From positions 4,501 to 68,500 of IMG/VR virus record IMGVR_UViG_3300008448_000067: 64,000 bases of DNA; one strand, 5' to 3'. The translations under genes were made by a program, and so were the position numbers. The DNA is from a virus. The notes beneath the pieces are model-generated. The model worked only from the letters and a program-made list of their open reading frames with translations, was not told where the DNA came from and ran no database searches. Shown in pieces: positions 47,001-56,401 of this stretch; position 1 is the first letter of the stretch, and every line of letters begins with the position of its first letter.

Positions 47001-49341
47001 TAACTTGTGCAATTTGTTTGATTGTGACACTGCCATTTGTGGAATTAGCAAATCTAACAAAGTCGCCCGCGCTAAATGTAGCAAGAAGATTAGCACCACC
47101 AGTTCCAGTGACAATAGTATTTGATGTACTGCCTGTACCAACAGAAACAGTTCCCGTTATTGGCGTTGATGATTGATAATCAGCAGTTGGAACAATAAGA
47201 AGATCTTTTTCTGCTGCTTGGCTTAATGCGCCAGTATATGGGAAATTGATATCGGTAGCAGTTGTTAAACTAACATATCCAGTAGTATTAGATGTAGCAC
47301 TTTCATTTGTTGTTCTGTATGTATATGAAATATTTGAAACAGATTTAAGAGCAGGCACTGAACTGTATAGCAGCGAATTACCAGAAGAATCTTCAAGTAC
47401 TGCAAATCCTCCATCACCAATTACTATATCAGCAACACCATCATTAGTGCCATTGTAATAAACAGAGCGAGTTGCACCAAAGTTTTGCCCGCTGTTCATT
47501 ACTATATCAAATAGATATAATCTATAGACAGCGTTAGCTGTGCCGGGTTCTCCAGATTCTAATATCATAGAGCGAATACGAGCTTCGCCAATCTTATTTG
47601 CTGGTGAAGAAATTGCACTTCCGGCCGACGACGTAATATACGTAACGGCTGCAGAATGAAGTTCTATTAAACCACCAATGTTAAATCCAAAATATCCACC
47701 GAGTTCTTTTACACGAACAAAGCTACCGATACCAAGACGAATCTTAGCACTGGTGTTTGTAGTAGTAGAAGTTCCTTTGTTGATATTAGATCTATACTCG
47801 TATGTTTCTACTCGATGCCCATTAATATATGCTTTACCCGGATCAATATTAATCTTAAATAGTGAAGACGTTTCAGAAAATACTGACGAATCTCTTGTAG
47901 AAACAATAAACTGATCGAGTACGTAATTGCCAGACTCTTCATATGTTCTCTTGGCCATTTCATCGCCAATTACATTATAAACAGTACTCTGACTTTGTCT
48001 GTATGGTCTACCACCAGCAAATTCCAAAATTGGAAGAAAGTCAGTATTAGCATCTGCAATATCTTTATCAAGAACAGTAAGTTCTGGAGTTAACTTAAGT
48101 CTATCAGCGCCCGGCGCAGCATAGTTATATGTTCCAGTTGCATTATCAAGAAGAGAAGTATCTTCGTTGCTGTCGATCAGATCTTCAGCAGTATAAAAAC
48201 CAACAGATTTATCAAAATCAGTATTTGAATATTTACTTACAACTACGAGTTGAGAAGATACTCGCGAGAAGAATCCCTTCTGGTAAATAGTACCCTCGTC
48301 AACAGTTACACCATATCCAGCACCAATTGGTTGAAGTGATGCATTAGCAACAGAAATAGTAGCAGCATAGTTAAGAGCTGTTACATTTAGTGTATCAATT
48401 TGAGTACTAGTTAAGCCTGATGTTGTTAACTTCATAACAGTGGTATGTGGTTCTACATAATAACCAGAGCCCTGACTAGTAACAGAAATAGATGTAATCT
48501 TACCAAGACTGTCTGTTAATAGTGAACCACCAGCACCAGTACCAATAACAGCTACAACTTTCGCACTGTTTGCAGTAGTTGCATTTAAAATTGATTCTCC
48601 AGCAGAAACTCTCCATTTTATTGTATTTGCTGTGATAAGATCAGCAGAAAGAGGTTTTACTTTTAGAACAAGTGCACTAGTATTTGCTGTTGTATTAGCT
48701 TCAATAATAGTTAAATTAGCAACACCATTTTGAATTACTTGACCGGCAACAAACGCGTTTGTTGGAAACGTTTTACCACCAGTAGTATTTTGCACAGCAA
48801 GAGCAGAAACAAAAACGACTCCATCATTATTACTAAATGTTGAAGAACCATTAATAACAAGAGTTTCAAATAAAGGATACTGTGGACTATATACAGTAAG
48901 CGTCTCGCCGGCTGAGAATGTTGCAGTGTTAGAATTGTCACCAGATGAATTATATTTTACATACAGTGTATTTAGATCTGGAACTCGAGTTTCAAATCCA
49001 GCAACCGTTTTTACAATATAACCTGTTACATTAGAACTATTACGAACTGATAACCCTTCAAATGCAGTTACATTAACTTGAGTACCATCTGTTTCAACGT
49101 CTTTAATTTTTACATAAGGAAGAACGGGATGGCGAACAATATTACAGCCTTCAATAATCGTGCCGCGCTTGAAAATATTATCACCAAATTTTTCAATTTG
49201 ATTTTGTAAAATTGACTGTAACTGATTCAGTTCTCTGGCCTGCACCGCGACACCCGGCTTAAAAAGAACGCGATAGTACTTATTAGTCGGATCGTAGTCG
49301 TCGTAATATGGAAAGGTGTTTAGGTCTGTCTGCAGAGCCAT
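44011..49341 (-). CDS. VrlC-like (DUF4815-type) large baseplate/virion protein
   Basis: PYYDDYD...YYRVLFKPGVAVQARELNQLQSILQNQIEKFG, APGADRLK, KRTYEESGNY, LEKRIKDLEYY, FGFFVDPF. Confidence 0.8.
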   Translation of the reverse strand: MALQTDLNTFPYYDDYDPTNKYYRVLFKPGVAVQARELNQLQSILQNQIEKFGDNIFKRGTIIEGCNIVRHPVLPYVKIKDVETDGTQVNVTAFEGLSVRNSSNVTGYIVKTVAGFETRVPDLNTLYVKYNSSGDNSNTATFSAGETLTVYSPQYPLFETLVINGSSTFSNNDGVVFVSALAVQNTTGGKTFPTNAFVAGQVIQNGVANLTIIEANTTANTSALVLKVKPLSADLITANTIKWRVSAGESILNATTANSAKVVAVIGTGAGGSLLTDSLGKITSISVTSQGSGYYVEPHTTVMKLTTSGLTSTQIDTLNVTALNYAATISVANASLQPIGAGYGVTVDEGTIYQKGFFSRVSSQLVVVSKYSNTDFDKSVGFYTAEDLIDSNEDTSLLDNATGTYNYAAPGADRLKLTPELTVLDKDIADANTDFLPILEFAGGRPYRQSQSTVYNVIGDEMAKRTYEESGNYVLDQFIVSTRDSSVFSETSSLFKINIDPGKAYINGHRVETYEYRSNINKGTSTTTNTSAKIRLGIGSFVRVKELGGYFGFNIGGLIELHSAAVTYITSSAGSAISSPANKIGEARIRSMILESGEPGTANAVYRLYLFDIVMNSGQNFGATRSVYYNGTNDGVADIVIGDGGFAVLEDSSGNSLLYSSVPALKSVSNISYTYRTTNESATSNTTGYVSLTTATDINFPYTGALSQAAEKDLLIVPTADYQSSTPITGTVSVGTGSTSNTIVTGTGGANLLATFSAGDFVRFANSTNGSVTIKQIAQVTNTSSMILTAGPGQTFTGGSATMYFPKNVPISLSTKSTRWANVNVSNSQQMTIYLGSNIANTSNASSSANLMITYNATRVNVSSTGKTSERGVYTRVVCSNNSGSVRGPWALGVSDAFRLTKVYSANGASVAKTFNANTGVINSATANAFIQVSNNPFANGDSFVYANSTTTLGGLSGAATYYAVYANSTGMALASTRGGANLTITASATSENHTFTGQPIFFTANTYGVTDITNDFYIDTNQKEDYLDTSYLYRKPRAVELGTDVVLLIKYDVFSGGDIGVKTVSSYTIDDTLNFDALSVSSSIHTLEIPEMLGTSGVYYDLRDQYDFRPRSANTINLIKEISTVAAGANAASIINPGEPASADRFTASEKYFPTPDTDLTASIEYYLGRSDRVVLSSTGQFIVRTGKSGFISDIPPEPKNSLTLQILTIPPYPSLPQSLSNDMAKIIDTKIATESYGRRIGLYTVTSNIGTTDRSRIQVKGYKMADIASLEKRIKDLEYYVSFTLAEALAKSRFIPSSADSLIDRFRFGFFVDPFTDYNYADLGNPEFYATIKDDQLWPRLSELNLSFRPDDGSSGVVTLPYNEFTLISQNDATDGTVEGPITVTTVTQQTSIALQSQRSTSLSSTGSVYEEFFYTFSALSGPVEFYINGRDNDLALEVFQSSTAGGEYISTYNSASALPITTTDITAKNLSVLNDGRKIEHPGSMERKSTGPVGGWIQDHFKLLWTHSPNDGIYYKLRIYKGKFDSGLFQDAKAGTFGFKLYYPSDVVTTVTKIVPNAANFDYNGLVYQVSPADFTIMLSNQFAYFDYYGSINLGDYIADAQRFSISITGLKPNTYHKFIFDNEDKTSKCSQTRTSTTNTSGLLSDVNGILNFDFYYDAGIDEATSDLQQRNKLAAAAAGTKVFSVQSYDGNSDASGSIGIKYYSYIPYDYGTTTGLNSTQTATMSSTTTDYTITTQTTDTYTSQAINDAIDTKNVTYSGGFKSLSDNYEQLV

Positions 49342-49357
49342 TTAATTAAAACTCCAA

Positions 49358-51724
49358 TTAAAATTCTAAGATTATTTTTATAATTTCTGATTTGTTGCCA
49401 GCTCTAGTAATAGCATCTAAGTTTTCAATGTATAGAACTTGCCCACTGCCAACAACAAAGTCTCCAGGATATTTATTAGTTAGATTTGTTAACGATGCTA
49501 GAGATGTTGTGCCAGAAATATTTCTATTCAAATTGAATGTGCTAAATTTATTACTGATATACATAATATCATCATCAACACCGCCATTAATTTGAATACT
49601 GTGAAAAGCCCCTCGCGGCTTTGCATATTCAATAAGGCTGTCCTGTTCAATAACTTCATCATTCAAGAATGGTGTACCACCGGGATAATTTCCTACAAGT
49701 CTAGTAAGCTGCACAGCTGTAGTAAAAGCACCGGCTGTTTTACCATTTACTTGAATGGGAGTCGTTTCAATAATACTAGTAGCACCTGAAGATACACCAA
49801 CAATTTTTGACTCAGCAGCAAACACTCCAGTAACGTTTGACAAAGTAAGTAGCCCAGCACTAACTGAAGTTACTTCACCAAAAGCCTGCAACTTTAAAGC
49901 TGAAATTTCGCAGTTATTAGCTGTAAAGTGAGAATTAGTAGTAGCAGTAATTTGATAGTCTTGTGGAACATTACTCACAACAGAAAGATAGTTATTACTT
50001 CCTGATGTAACTAAAACATAATCATTAACAGAAAAACTGTCTTTAAAAGTAGGAGTCTGCGGATTAGCTAATGAAGCTAAAAGTTGACCACCAGATCCAG
50101 AAGTGGCAGTAACTAGTAAAGTAGGAACACTAGTATAATTGTTTCCCTGATTCGTAACAGTGACCGATGTAATTACATTTGCTGTTAAACTAACAGTTGC
50201 TGCAAACCCTGACCCACCGGTTCCGGTATTATTTGCGGTTACAGCCACGTCACTCGAATAAACACTTCCTCCATTTGCTATAGCAACTGTTGAAGAAATG
50301 CGGCCTTGATCTGTTTTAACAATATTAGTGCTATCAGTAACAACACTTACATTTCCATTCAGCTTAAGTTGCTTAAACTGATATACGTACTCACCGATTT
50401 GGAAGTTACCAATAGTATTAGCTGATCTAAGAGTAAGATCAACATTCGTATAAAGCGGATTTTTAATTAACCCGACCTGTCTAAAATCATTTTCGGTCGG
50501 TATTGCTCCGCCTTCACTATCTGTAAAAGCAGTACTAATACAAATTCTTTTAGCGCCGAATTCTGTTACTGGATCAGATCCATGTCCACCAATTGGCGAA
50601 ATAATTGGCTGTAATACAGCTGCCTCGAAAGTGCTTGCTCCAGAAATAGACGCTGGTAAATTAATAAAGACGCTATCAATAGTTATTGGAAGTGTATTAG
50701 GAGTCTTACCGACATATGATTCACCATAGCGATATCCAGCTCCAACTTTAAGCATTTCAACTTGCATAATACTGTTTGAAGAACTACTATCGATAATAGC
50801 CATTCCTTCAGCCGCTGTTGTTTCACTTCCGTCACCCCATACGTATATGTATGGATATATTTCATACGTATCACCAGCAGCTGGAGCTGTTGTAAATGCA
50901 GAATCTAGTATAAAGATCTTTTGTCCACCTACTCCACGATAATCTACAATTCGACGATGTTGTCCAGCAGCACCCGCACTCGATGTTTTGATATTGATTA
51001 CGCATCCAGCATAATAATCATCTTCTGCTACAGCGTCGTCCGGAGCTCCATATATGTTATTCACACCTCCAACGGCAAGATCTGTTGTTCTAAATGTAGC
51101 ATCTTCAATATAATTGTCATATCCCTTTCCAGCACTAACAATATCTATAACTTCAATTGTGCCCGGAACTGCCGCTGCTTGTATCGTAGTATTAGCAATA
51201 ATTGGAATATAACTCTTTGTAGCAAAATTTTCATACTGTGTTTTTGTAATGCTATACATGTACTTCCAAATATAACCATCTCCAGTTGGATACGGAGTTG
51301 TTATTTTTAGTGAAGGAGCACTAGTAGAATTTGTTTGAATTGTTGCATTACTAGAATTAAATATACACTTAAAAACGTTATACTCTGTACCCTCATCGAT
51401 TAAAGTATAAAATTTCTTACTGTAGAGATCTCCATCTGTATGATCATACTTATTATAAAATGTATTTGCTGTCCAAAGATATTTAGGAATACAGTGCACA
51501 ACATCACTTGAAGAAATTCTTTTAGCAAAAATCATGTTATCATAAACATCTAAGTTTGTAGACTTAAGACTGTCTGTAGGAGTTGTCAGAGTTGTATCAC
51601 TTCCAGGATAAGGAGTGTGCTTGCCTGCGAAGACAAAGTAGTCGTTATTAGCAAAAGAATCGACAAACGACGCTGCGCTTTCAACATTAAAATTAGTTGT
51701 TACAAGTTTCTGAGTAACTGACAT
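49358..51724 (-). CDS. gp8: Baseplate wedge protein gp8 (with insertions)
   Basis: NVFKCIFN, GDGYIWKYMYSI, ISPIGGHGSDP..E, NDFRQVGLIKNP, SGQVLYIEN...R...KSEIIKIILEF. Confidence 0.85.
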   Translation of the reverse strand: MSVTQKLVTTNFNVESAASFVDSFANNDYFVFAGKHTPYPGSDTTLTTPTDSLKSTNLDVYDNMIFAKRISSSDVVHCIPKYLWTANTFYNKYDHTDGDLYSKKFYTLIDEGTEYNVFKCIFNSSNATIQTNSTSAPSLKITTPYPTGDGYIWKYMYSITKTQYENFATKSYIPIIANTTIQAAAVPGTIEVIDIVSAGKGYDNYIEDATFRTTDLAVGGVNNIYGAPDDAVAEDDYYAGCVINIKTSSAGAAGQHRRIVDYRGVGGQKIFILDSAFTTAPAAGDTYEIYPYIYVWGDGSETTAAEGMAIIDSSSSNSIMQVEMLKVGAGYRYGESYVGKTPNTLPITIDSVFINLPASISGASTFEAAVLQPIISPIGGHGSDPVTEFGAKRICISTAFTDSEGGAIPTENDFRQVGLIKNPLYTNVDLTLRSANTIGNFQIGEYVYQFKQLKLNGNVSVVTDSTNIVKTDQGRISSTVAIANGGSVYSSDVAVTANNTGTGGSGFAATVSLTANVITSVTVTNQGNNYTSVPTLLVTATSGSGGQLLASLANPQTPTFKDSFSVNDYVLVTSGSNNYLSVVSNVPQDYQITATTNSHFTANNCEISALKLQAFGEVTSVSAGLLTLSNVTGVFAAESKIVGVSSGATSIIETTPIQVNGKTAGAFTTAVQLTRLVGNYPGGTPFLNDEVIEQDSLIEYAKPRGAFHSIQINGGVDDDIMYISNKFSTFNLNRNISGTTSLASLTNLTNKYPGDFVVGSGQVLYIENLDAITRAGNKSEIIKIILEF

Positions 51725-54700
51725 TTATTCCTCGACCGTCTTTGTTAAATAGTGGCCAGATGATGGAGCTCCACTATCTGTAGTATTAGCTGTTATATTT
51801 ATAGGAGTTCCATTGGCAGTTAATGATAGTTTAACTGTTGTACCAGAAGTCTGAACAATATAATAACTAGTATTATTAGCAAGGCCAGACAATACAGTAT
51901 TTGATGTAGCAGTTGTGTATTTTACTTGATCGCCGTTGGCAAATGGATTAATTGTACCAGTACTAATAGTTTCATTTCCTGAATTTACATCACTGTATGA
52001 GTTAAATTTAATTTGCTGACCAGTAGAGATCTCAGATAATGTAACTGGTAAACTGTCTTCTTCTATAATCACGGCCGATCCAAAGAACTTAGTACCAGCA
52101 GTATGCATAACTTTCTTAAACATATCAGCATAGTAATCAACCGATATCTTAGATAGAATTTCGTATGAATATTCTTGATAGTAATCACCATCATGTACGT
52201 ACATATCTTCTGAAAGGAAGCCTTTAGTACTCTTATAATATCCCTTGCTTATTCCATTTCCATCATTCACTACTTTAATAGTACCAGATCGCAGTCCATC
52301 TGCAGAGGTGTATTGCACAACATCTCCATTAGAATAACCAATTCCAGAATCGATTACTTGTAATGAAGTAACTTGTCCACTAGCTGTAATTACGTTTGCT
52401 TCAATTATGGCATTTAATCCAATTGGATATACAAGACTAAGATCTTCCTCTACTCCAACAACATTAGCAGTAACACCAGAAACAGAACCGACTAAAAGAG
52501 TATTTGCTTGAAATGTGTTTTCAAAGGTGAGTCTTTTTACGTGTACTGTAGTTGTATTTGCAGCTTTAACAATTCCCTTTGCTGTAGAAGTAATTTGATA
52601 TAAAGCAAAGCTTTGTACATTTCCAGTGACATATGGATTTGTGTAAGAATATAATGCGTTAGCAGTAATAGTTCCTGTATTACCAGAAATTCTTACATAA
52701 TTATTTGATCCAATTGTATAAACTGATTGAACTAAAGCATTTACAACTGGAGCACTGTTAACATACACGGAATCGCCTGGTAAGAATCCAGGAATAGTAG
52801 AGAAGTTATGTGATTCTGCAACACCAGCTGTAGCATTGATTGCTAAAGCAGATCCACCCACTGTAAGAGAAAGCTTAAATCCTACACTATTAGCACCGAC
52901 AATATAATATGCCGTGTTATTAGCAAGACCGGCGATGACAGTATTAGATGTTGGAACTCGGTATATGATTCTTTGATTATCAACAAATTCACTCGCATAC
53001 TTTGCTAAATTATGACCATTTGAGGCTGCATTATAATATCTTAGATAGTGTCCTGCATCTCCTGGATTTAAAGCAGTAATATCAACATTCGCTCCACCAG
53101 CACTCGCTGATAAAGCTAAACCAGAACTATTTGCATAACGAACATAATACAACTCATTATTTGACAAGCCAATAACAGCGGTACTTCCATTAGCAGTAAA
53201 GTATCTTACTTGATCACCATTTGCAAAGAGTGTATTTGCAGTAGCAATTGTAATAAAATCTGTTGTTCCATTTACTGCAGTATTGGAATTGAATATAACT
53301 ACATTTGATGCTTGTGTAATATTAATATTTGCTGCACCCGCCGTACTAGAAAGTGTAATGCCGGATGAGTTTGAATGAGCTATATAATAGAACGAATTAT
53401 TTGATAGTCCAGTTAAAGCCGTGTTTCCAGCAGCTGTATAATAGCGAACATAAGTATTTGATGGATAAGATGTATCAGCGCCAGCGATCGCAATGAAATC
53501 AGTATTGGAATTTACATCATCTGTAGTATTAAATACTACTGTGTTTGATATATAAAGAACAAAATCATTAGAACTTTGAATTTCATCTTTTGTGTTGACA
53601 TTGAAGTTCTTTTCACTGTACGTATTTCCATAAACACCATTATCTACTTTAAGGTCATAATATATTAGATTTGCAAATGTCTGTTGAACTCTTTCGCCGA
53701 CAGCATATACGCCAGTAGTGTTTGCAATACTAATAATAAAATCTTTACGACCAAATGCAGAAATGTATGGTTGGTATGCTAGAACATAAGGATCAACATT
53801 ATAACCAGATCCAGGGTCGACACCACTCAATGATCCAATTGTACCAATGTTGAATTGACCAAATGTTAAACATGAATATATTGTATTCTTAGCATCACCC
53901 TGTGGATTCTTTGGAAATCCATATGCTGCGGCTGTAACTGGAAGAGGAGTGTATGCTTGATTTGCAATTGCTAGTGTAGTATAAGCCGTGACTGCACTGA
54001 TTGCAGTATTAGTGGTGGCGCCATACTTGATAATGTTGCTGTTAGCGTATACAGTATTGCTTACTGCGCCGCCCGTAATACTTAAAGTATTATGATTATC
54101 TTTAGTGCGAAGTACGCCAGTGCCAACTTCAAATACTGTAGCATGAGCTAACTTATAAAAATAATGGCCTTCTTGAGTTATTTTATTATTAGCAAAAGTA
54201 GAGTAGTTTGTTGTATTAATATGAGTAGTTTTATTTGCTGGATATGATAAAATAAGACCGGTTGTATTAGTTGATACAACATAGTAATAGTCATCGCTGA
54301 CTAGGCCATTTAATGCGGTATTACCAGTAGCTACTTCGTACTTAACAATATCACCAATTGTAAATTTAGAATTGGCTGTTGGTATTGTAAAGAATCCAGA
54401 CGTTGCGTTTACTGCAGTATTACCATTGAATGCAATTTTATTGATAGTTTGATATACTCTATCGCCGATGGCAAATCCGGTGTTTGATGCAACAGTAAGA
54501 ATTTTTCGATCATAATCAAGTGTGGCAACACCATTAGAATTAAGAAGATCGGTACCAATGAATATCGATTCTTGATCACCAAGAGTACCAACATTAAACC
54601 CAGCGCCAGATCCAAAACTTGTAGATACTGGAATTCCAGATGTATTTGTTGTCTGTGTGAATATTCTACTATACTCTGAAGCTACATAATCGCCACCAGA

Positions 54701-56401
54701 AACATTAGATGTATATGTTTCTATAGTTGCAATAGAAGTATTTGCGTCCGTGTATAGTTTTTCTGTTTCTGTAAAGTATCCAGTAATAGGAACAAATGTA
54801 AGATTACCAGTGTTAGTACCAGCGTCGTGCGATACTGTTAATAGAAGGCCTTCAGCAACCTTCTGCCCACTAGAATTATAACGATAAATTCTTTTACTAT
54901 CAGGCAGCTGATTATTATTAGCCGATGAATATTTTATAGTGCTAATTGATTTTCTGATTTCGTAAACACCGAGTGTTAAATCTACTTGATCGACGTTTGC
55001 AGAAATAGATGAATCACTTGTTACTTCTAATCTTTGGCCGGGCGCAAATGATCCAGCTGCACTATTAACAACAAGAGTATTGCCGGCGTCGATCTGTACA
55101 ATACTCTGAATTGTTGCAGTAGCAATAACATCAGAAGTATTCTTATAAAGAATTGATTGACCGACTTGTAGTGTACCAATTTGATCTTTAACAAATACAG
55201 AATATGTTTGTGGAATTCCCATTACTTTACCAGTAATGGTTGCATCCAATGTAGAGTTTGCGTATAATGATTTAGTATTTGCTGAAGTATAATACGTTAC
55301 AGAATTGGTGAATACGCCATTTACATGTGAAATTACTGCTGTGCCATTTGCGTTATTCTGAACTATACTCAGAATATTGCCGGCTCCAGATAGTGCTCCA
55401 TTAGCAGCATATCTATAAACAGTTTCGCCTACGGCAAGATTTGCAGTAGCACTAGTAAATGTCATATTAATAAGAGGCTGTACAGCCTGATCAAACAGCT
55501 TAAAGTAAGAACCACCGCTAGTAGTAGTGGTGTTTTGTAGAGATATTACTTTTTCAGAAATAATAGAATCGGCATCTACCGTGTATCCATAACCACCATC
55601 AATAAAGATAAAGTCAATAATTCCAGAAGCTTCGCTCACAGCTTCGACTCGAGCTAAGCCACCTTCTCCAGAAACAGATCCGCTAAATGATACAATATCA
55701 CCAACACTAAAATCGCGACCACGATCTTGAATAATAACTCTTTTGATAGAACCAAGAAGTTGAGCTCTTTTAGTTCTATCAAATACAGGTGTGTTGTTAA
55801 TATTTAAACCGAGAAGTTCACCATTTATGAATTGGCTCTGTATATTACTAATGTATAAAATATCTATATAGCCAACTGCAGTACGACGACGAATATACTT
55901 TTCAACAAAAGCTTTAGCACCAGAGATAGCACCAATAATTTGCTTTCCGACGTAATCGATATTATAACGATTATGAGTAACTTCTAAATACTGTGGTCTT
56001 TCCCATACACCATCTGAAGTGCGCAGAATATTATCAGCAGGATAGCGAATTTCGGCTGATGTACCATATACTAATTTAAAGAACAAGTCAATTGATCGTT
56101 CTGTGCCTTTTGACCGATATAGATCTAAAGCATTTTTGACAAGCAGTTGTTTATTTGTAGCAGTATCAAATTGAATGTTGTTTAGATATTTTTCTTTGAA
56201 CTGTAAAATAAACTCATCAATAGTAGTATCAATATCTCTGTATTCTGGTAGTTTACGGGCTTGATAGATAACATTATTTGAAGTTTCTAACCACTCGTAA
56301 TATGCTTTGACAAAAGCAATAAACTGTGGGCCCTCTTCTTTATAAAAAGAAGGAAACTGGTTCTCTACAAGAGGAGAAATAAGTGATTCTATTTTCTTCA
56401 T
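51725..56401 (-). CDS. gp7: Baseplate wedge initiator gp7-like, with repeated inserted domains
   Basis: QFPSFYKEEGPQFIAFVKAYYEWLE, LYRSKGTERS..LFFKLVYG, DGDYYQEYSYEI, VMHTAGTKFFG; located between gp6 and gp8. Confidence 0.8.
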   Translation of the reverse strand: MKKIESLISPLVENQFPSFYKEEGPQFIAFVKAYYEWLETSNNVIYQARKLPEYRDIDTTIDEFILQFKEKYLNNIQFDTATNKQLLVKNALDLYRSKGTERSIDLFFKLVYGTSAEIRYPADNILRTSDGVWERPQYLEVTHNRYNIDYVGKQIIGAISGAKAFVEKYIRRRTAVGYIDILYISNIQSQFINGELLGLNINNTPVFDRTKRAQLLGSIKRVIIQDRGRDFSVGDIVSFSGSVSGEGGLARVEAVSEASGIIDFIFIDGGYGYTVDADSIISEKVISLQNTTTTSGGSYFKLFDQAVQPLINMTFTSATANLAVGETVYRYAANGALSGAGNILSIVQNNANGTAVISHVNGVFTNSVTYYTSANTKSLYANSTLDATITGKVMGIPQTYSVFVKDQIGTLQVGQSILYKNTSDVIATATIQSIVQIDAGNTLVVNSAAGSFAPGQRLEVTSDSSISANVDQVDLTLGVYEIRKSISTIKYSSANNNQLPDSKRIYRYNSSGQKVAEGLLLTVSHDAGTNTGNLTFVPITGYFTETEKLYTDANTSIATIETYTSNVSGGDYVASEYSRIFTQTTNTSGIPVSTSFGSGAGFNVGTLGDQESIFIGTDLLNSNGVATLDYDRKILTVASNTGFAIGDRVYQTINKIAFNGNTAVNATSGFFTIPTANSKFTIGDIVKYEVATGNTALNGLVSDDYYYVVSTNTTGLILSYPANKTTHINTTNYSTFANNKITQEGHYFYKLAHATVFEVGTGVLRTKDNHNTLSITGGAVSNTVYANSNIIKYGATTNTAISAVTAYTTLAIANQAYTPLPVTAAAYGFPKNPQGDAKNTIYSCLTFGQFNIGTIGSLSGVDPGSGYNVDPYVLAYQPYISAFGRKDFIISIANTTGVYAVGERVQQTFANLIYYDLKVDNGVYGNTYSEKNFNVNTKDEIQSSNDFVLYISNTVVFNTTDDVNSNTDFIAIAGADTSYPSNTYVRYYTAAGNTALTGLSNNSFYYIAHSNSSGITLSSTAGAANINITQASNVVIFNSNTAVNGTTDFITIATANTLFANGDQVRYFTANGSTAVIGLSNNELYYVRYANSSGLALSASAGGANVDITALNPGDAGHYLRYYNAASNGHNLAKYASEFVDNQRIIYRVPTSNTVIAGLANNTAYYIVGANSVGFKLSLTVGGSALAINATAGVAESHNFSTIPGFLPGDSVYVNSAPVVNALVQSVYTIGSNNYVRISGNTGTITANALYSYTNPYVTGNVQSFALYQITSTAKGIVKAANTTTVHVKRLTFENTFQANTLLVGSVSGVTANVVGVEEDLSLVYPIGLNAIIEANVITASGQVTSLQVIDSGIGYSNGDVVQYTSADGLRSGTIKVVNDGNGISKGYYKSTKGFLSEDMYVHDGDYYQEYSYEILSKISVDYYADMFKKVMHTAGTKFFGSAVIIEEDSLPVTLSEISTGQQIKFNSYSDVNSGNETISTGTINPFANGDQVKYTTATSNTVLSGLANNTSYYIVQTSGTTVKLSLTANGTPINITANTTDSGAPSSGHYLTKTVEE

